A stretch of DNA of 64,000 bases, from the NCBI GenBank assembly GCA_022813965.1, contig JALDZS010000039.1, positions 62,001 through 126,000 on the forward strand, written 5' to 3'. The notes below the pieces were generated by a model. It made no database searches. It was given only the letters and a program-made list of their open reading frames with translations, and was not told the DNA's origin. Source of the stretch: Toensbergia leucococca (lineage: Eukaryota). The position numbers were made by a program, and so were the translations under genes. Below, piece by piece: positions 59,899 through 64,000 of this stretch. Every line of letters starts with the position of its first letter. The first letter of the stretch is position 1.

Positions 59899-60587
59899 AA
59901 AGGCCTCGGCCGCGACAAAAAGACATACAGTGGATCTCAGCGAGTCTGACGCATAATGAAGAGAAGAGGGATGTGACATGGTCTATGCAGTTGTCTAATT
60001 TTCAAAGCATTTTTTGCAGTACTCATTGATTTCTCTGGAGGCTTTGTGGACGCCGGAAAGCTTGCTGCGTCGGCCAATCTTATTTTGGGGGCTTCATTTA
60101 CGTCTGCTACCCTAGTGTTGTTGTCGTACCTGAGCGAGCGTTGCCGACGGAGTCTCCTTGTGGTTGAGCGTTGTGCTGCCTAGTACTTGAGCGTTGCTGG
60201 CAAAAATTCCTCTTGTTGAGCGTCGTGCTTCTTTGCCTGGCGGATTGGTGCTATATCCCGTGCTTTTCTAGACGCTTGTGTAGTTAAGGAGCCGCTATTT
60301 TGTTCCAAAGATCTGGCTGGGGAGACGTATAGAGCGACTTCATTTTTCTACTTCGTACGGAGTACCCTCTCTCATGAATGGCGCCCTCATAGATAGACGA
60401 CGCTGGAGATTCATGGAGGAGCTTCTTTTCTACATGCCTTGTTCGTACCTTGGCAAAAATGGGAATTTTACATATAATTGAATCGACGACCGTATATTCT
60501 TCTTAGCCTTGAATCATAGAGTCATAAAAGAGTATCTTTATTCTTTTATATATATTTTAAAATAAGACAGTTATAATCTGTGATGTG

Positions 60588-60688
60588 GCGAGTTTGGCCG
60601 AGTGGTCTAAGGCGGCAGATTTAAGATTTAAATATAAAACACCTCTGCTATCCGTGAGGATGCGTGAGTTCGAACCTCACAGCTCGCA
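60588..60688 (+). tRNA. tRNA-Leu: tRNA-Leu(TAA) with 17-nt intron (60626-60642)
   Basis: Acceptor stem GCGAGTT/AGCTCGC; D-arm GCC-GAGTGGTCTAA-GGC (A box); anticodon stem GCAGA/TCTGC with TAA at 60622-60624; long variable arm ATCC-GTGA-GGAT; T-arm GTGAG-TTCGAAC-CTCAC; discriminator A. AT-rich upstream flank and a T4 run downstream. Confidence 0.93.
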
Positions 60689-62243
60689 TTCAATTTCCCT
60701 TTTGCTTTCAGAGATTGTTCTGGTTGAAAGTACTACTCTGTCTGATTCACACCCTCTGAATCACATTTTATGTACATTTCTATTCTAAACATGTTCATCT
60801 GAGTCTGTTTCAACATGTTTCAAAAGTCATGCTTGGGCTTCTTTGTTTCGCTTTGATCGTTGCTGGATGCTGTTGTTTTTGACTTTGGCCCTTTTGAATG
60901 TTTCATGTCCCCCCACTCAATTGAACCGATTGAGTCGTTCTATAAGTATGGCGGCTTTGGAATCCATCTGATTCTAGTAAGTAAGCTTTTCGCTGGAGGG
61001 GAGAATTCGGCGTTTTTGAACGAGGACGGGCCTCAAGGACGGGCGTGTAATAGCGGATGGCGTCCTGGTGGTAGACAATGGTGTTTGCCGGAGAGTCTCT
61101 GATCTAATTGATTTACCGGCCAGACTAAAGACAGCGCTGTTCGTTTTGCCTCGACAGAAAGGTGCAGCTGTTGCAGGTTATCAAGCGCCATGATGCGAGG
61201 GGGAACTAGACCATTGCAAAGCAAAAGAACGGAATCAAGTTGATGGGAATTGTGTACAGCCGGTTTGTTAGTTGTTGTTGTTGAGACGGCGACGTCGCTG
61301 CTACTGATGATGATGGCTAGGATGCCTTGAGTCTCTAGAAAGGAAATTTGAGAACGATTGGTTGATTCTTTCTTCGGGATCAGAATGACCAACTCTTCCA
61401 AAGGGATGGGTCAAAGTTGACTTTCTACAAAACAAGAACGTATTGATGACAACCACTCCATAGGATCCACAGACACACATTACAGGCCTCAAGACCGTTT
61501 TCAGAGAAGACTTGAAATCTTTCAAATCCCACCAGCATTCTCTAACAATCAAGGACATAACACCTCCTCTACCCCTGAAACCCCTTATCAAGCCGAAAAA
61601 TTCTCCACAGCAAAAACGTCCTCCTCCTCCTCCCTTTTACGCTATAACCCTCCTCCAAAACCTTCATCTGCAGCCAATACCACGACATAAGCTTCCCTTA
61701 TCAGCTCCAACAACATCCTCTATCCCAGTACCGAGGCAAAAACCCAACCCTTTACCTGCTCGAAGAAGTATCAAAAACCCCCCAAATGCGCCGTAGACGC
61801 ATATCAGGCGTTGAGCGATACACAAAATCCCCAACACCTTCGCATCATTCACCAAAGGCGCGAGCAGGACATAGGATAATTGCTCTACTAACCCGCAAAA
61901 CAGACAAAGAAATCCAAATCCAACTCCATGTCTCAGCTCTCGAGTCTTTGTCAGCTCCAAAAAAAAGAAAAAGTCAATGGAACAAAGACAACAATCCCAA
62001 AACACACTCCCTGAACAACCCCCAACAACACACAAAGCGCCTTAGTCGTACAATGCCTTTCTTCCCACCCACCTCCTCAAAGAACACACTTCCCAAAAAA
62101 AAAATAAACATACATCCCCTCTCCCCCCCTTTCCCCAAAAAAAAAGAAAACCCTCCAGTCCTCACAAAACCATCCCCCCAACACCTCCACCAAACCCCCC
62201 CCCCCATTTCCAGCCCCAACAAAACAAAAACAAACCCCCAAAA

Positions 62244-62456
62244 ATGCCCCCCTTCCACCCCTACCGCCCCCTCCTCAAGCACCAACCCCTAGGCTCCAAC
62301 CCCCCAAACCCAACCGAGCGCGCCATCGCAACAGACCTCACTCGCACGCTACGCAAGGAAAGCAAAGCGAGAGAGTTGGCGGCGTATAAGAGGATGTTGG
62401 CAGAGTGCGGGTTGAGACGTTCTTCTGTCGAGGAGGGAGGAGAGGATGAAGGATGA
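62244..62456 (+). CDS. Possible small protein (70 aa), unknown function
   Basis: CAAAA-ATG context; charged helix-like core TERAIATDLTRTLRKESKARELAAYKRMLAECG; C-rich start, G-rich end and a GT-rich 3' flank like real genes in this window. I recognise no homology. Confidence 0.35.
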   Translation: MPPFHPYRPLLKHQPLGSNPPNPTERAIATDLTRTLRKESKARELAAYKRMLAECGLRRSSVEEGGEDEG

Positions 62457-63027
62457 TCGGTAGTGTGAGTATGTTGTGGGTGGTGGTGTGACGACGGGGA
62501 AAAAGGAGTTGGTTTAGGGGGGGTCAGGGGGATGTGAATGATGCTTGCGTTGTGGAGTTGGGGGGATGAGGTTGATTGTGTATTGGGGTTGGAGAGGGTT
62601 CGTTCCCCTGGGGGGTTGGGTGGCGCTTGTTTGTAAAGGTCTATTACGTGCAATTAGTCAATCTAGAGCGTGCGGGACATGGTCCCCCGGCCCCCCTTTT
62701 CTTCCCTCTTTTGTGACATGCGGATCGAAGATCTCTTTCCAACCCGCAAACAATCACCGACCGCCCCCCCAACGACACCAAAAGAGCGGCCACTCCACCC
62801 TCCGAGGGCTAGAGCGAATCAAGATTGTCAGAATCGGCGATCCCCACCAAATCAGAGCTTGGAGGACACTTATATGATGCTCACTCAGGGCCGGACAGCA
62901 ATATCCCGCTCTCGTATAATTAAATACGATCTCGCCTCCAAAGACCAAAAGAAAAAAAAGGAAACATTCAATTTCCCCTATAGAAATATAGAAATCAAAC
63001 TCGTATATGCAAAAAAATACAACAACA

Positions 63028-63057
63028 AAGAAGAAGAAGAAGAAGAAGAAGAAGAAG
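63028..63057. repeat. (AAG)10 microsatellite
   Basis: Perfect aag repeats, followed shortly by a G run of ~13. Confidence 0.9.
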
Positions 63058-63763
63058 AACCCGAGTGTGGGGGCCGGGGGGGGGGGGGCGATCGTAATTC
63101 TTTTTGGCGTGGTGGAGGGGGGGAAATCCAAGCATAGTAAATGATCTCGAAACTCAATAATCCCAACACCCCCAAGAAAAGAATGAGAAGAAAAAAAAAA
63201 GTGAAAATATTTCATACGAAGAAATAGTAGGGCACCTAGACATATAAAAATTCCTCCTTGGTAAATATCCAAGATACGGATCCCCAACCCCTACAATTCC
63301 TAGGCCCGAAATAAACCTGGAATGAAAGAAAGATACGCAAGCAATCTGATCCTGCACGCTATCAACAACCCGTCTTTTCAGCACCTGAAGCATCATCGGT
63401 CCCAAGTCTGTGATGCTGATATGGTAACCTCATGCAACGAACCAACATAAGCATCAAAGGAACGCCTTGATGACGAGGGTGATGAGCTGATACAATTATT
63501 GAGCTCGCTGTAGGGGTGAGTGTTCGAATCATCTCTGTGAGGAATTACGATTCGGATATTCGAAATGAGGAACGACTGAAGACCTTTTGGAGAGGGGAAA
63601 GATAAAGGTATGCAAGTCAGTCAAATCTAAACATTGAAATAGGATCTTAAGTAAGTGGAAATACAAGACATTTGTAAAGATTCAAAAAAGAACCTTCTCC
63701 ATTGTCACCTACCGTTTTCACCAAAAAGAAACAAGACCCTAATCGAACCAAAAAGAGAACCGC

Positions 63764-64000
63764 TTAGCTAGTCTTAAAATCCAACTTGCCACTGACAGCC
63801 CTCAATTTCCTCCCATACCCCTGCAAGAGCACTAAACAAGTAATAGACACAGCTCCGCAGAGTGCAGCTTGAATGCCGAAACTCTTGATAGTCCCCATAC
63901 CAGTCGCCCACGGAATCTCAAAGTAGCTAGCAATGAACCCACCAAGTGATCGCCCAAAATTGACCCAAGCAGCAACCTCACCCGCAGCTTGCGGGTACAG
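63764..64000 (-). CDS. 3' end of an MFS transporter (partial, continues beyond the window)
   Basis: Open frame from the window edge, not in the ORF track: LYPQAAGEVAAWVNFGRSLGGFIASYFEIPWATGMGTIKSFGIQAALCGAVSITCLVLLQGYGRKLRAVSGKLDFKTS*. These look like the last two TM helices and the YG..LR motif of fungal MFS proteins. Confidence 0.85.
   Translation of the reverse strand: MYPQAAGEVAAWVNFGRSLGGFIASYFEIPWATGMGTIKSFGIQAALCGAVSITCLVLLQGYGRKLRAVSGKLDFKTS

Noticed and set aside
60130..60450. Short resemblance to the 5.8S rRNA 3' end (TTGAGCGTC, CATGCCTTGTTCG)
   Set aside because: The matches are very short, not collinear, and no other rRNA sequence is present.
61512..63405. Many overlapping ORFs (e.g. 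61786-62292, 62670-63137, 62754-63287)
   Set aside because: They arise from low-complexity A/C-rich, G-rich and (AAG)n sequence that lacks stop codons.
1..64000. CRISPR arrays, prokaryotic operons or defence systems, intact transposons, PKS/NRPS cluster
   Set aside because: No regularly spaced direct repeats, transposase/RT motifs, LTRs or biosynthetic core genes were seen; gene structure is spliceosomal and fungal.

Overview
Eukaryotic, intron-containing DNA from a filamentous ascomycete (Pezizomycotina). Short GT-AG introns with CTRAY branch sites are seen throughout; a lichen-forming Lecanoromycete origin is only my guess. I reconstructed about 20 spliced protein-coding genes by hand. In order: a membrane-anchored pepsin-like protein with degenerate catalytic motifs, a Ser/Thr-rich GPI-type surface protein, neutral trehalase, a small hypothetical protein, an atypical Ser/Thr kinase, a disrupted CorA-like gene, an NsdC/Usv1-type C2H2 transcription factor, COG5, SYS1, a Cys-rich secreted protein, COA6, Pac2, mitochondrial Asn-tRNA synthetase, a bacterial-type PARG/macro-domain protein, a Ser/Thr-rich secreted protein, a PhyH dioxygenase, a full-size ABCG transporter, an F-box-like hypothetical protein, a CDK10/11-like kinase, a claudin-like protein, a short ORF, and the 3' end of an MFS transporter. 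There is also one intron-containing tRNA-Leu(TAA). I found no CRISPR array, rRNA or intact transposon. The most notable oddities are a long hairpin inside an ABC-transporter intron (with similar fold-backs in other long introns), a frame break in the GPI protein, a receptor-like pseudo-protease, a recurrent intergenic TACGGAGTA motif and a two-domain Cys-rich effector candidate. All exon boundaries are manual predictions that have not been checked against transcripts.
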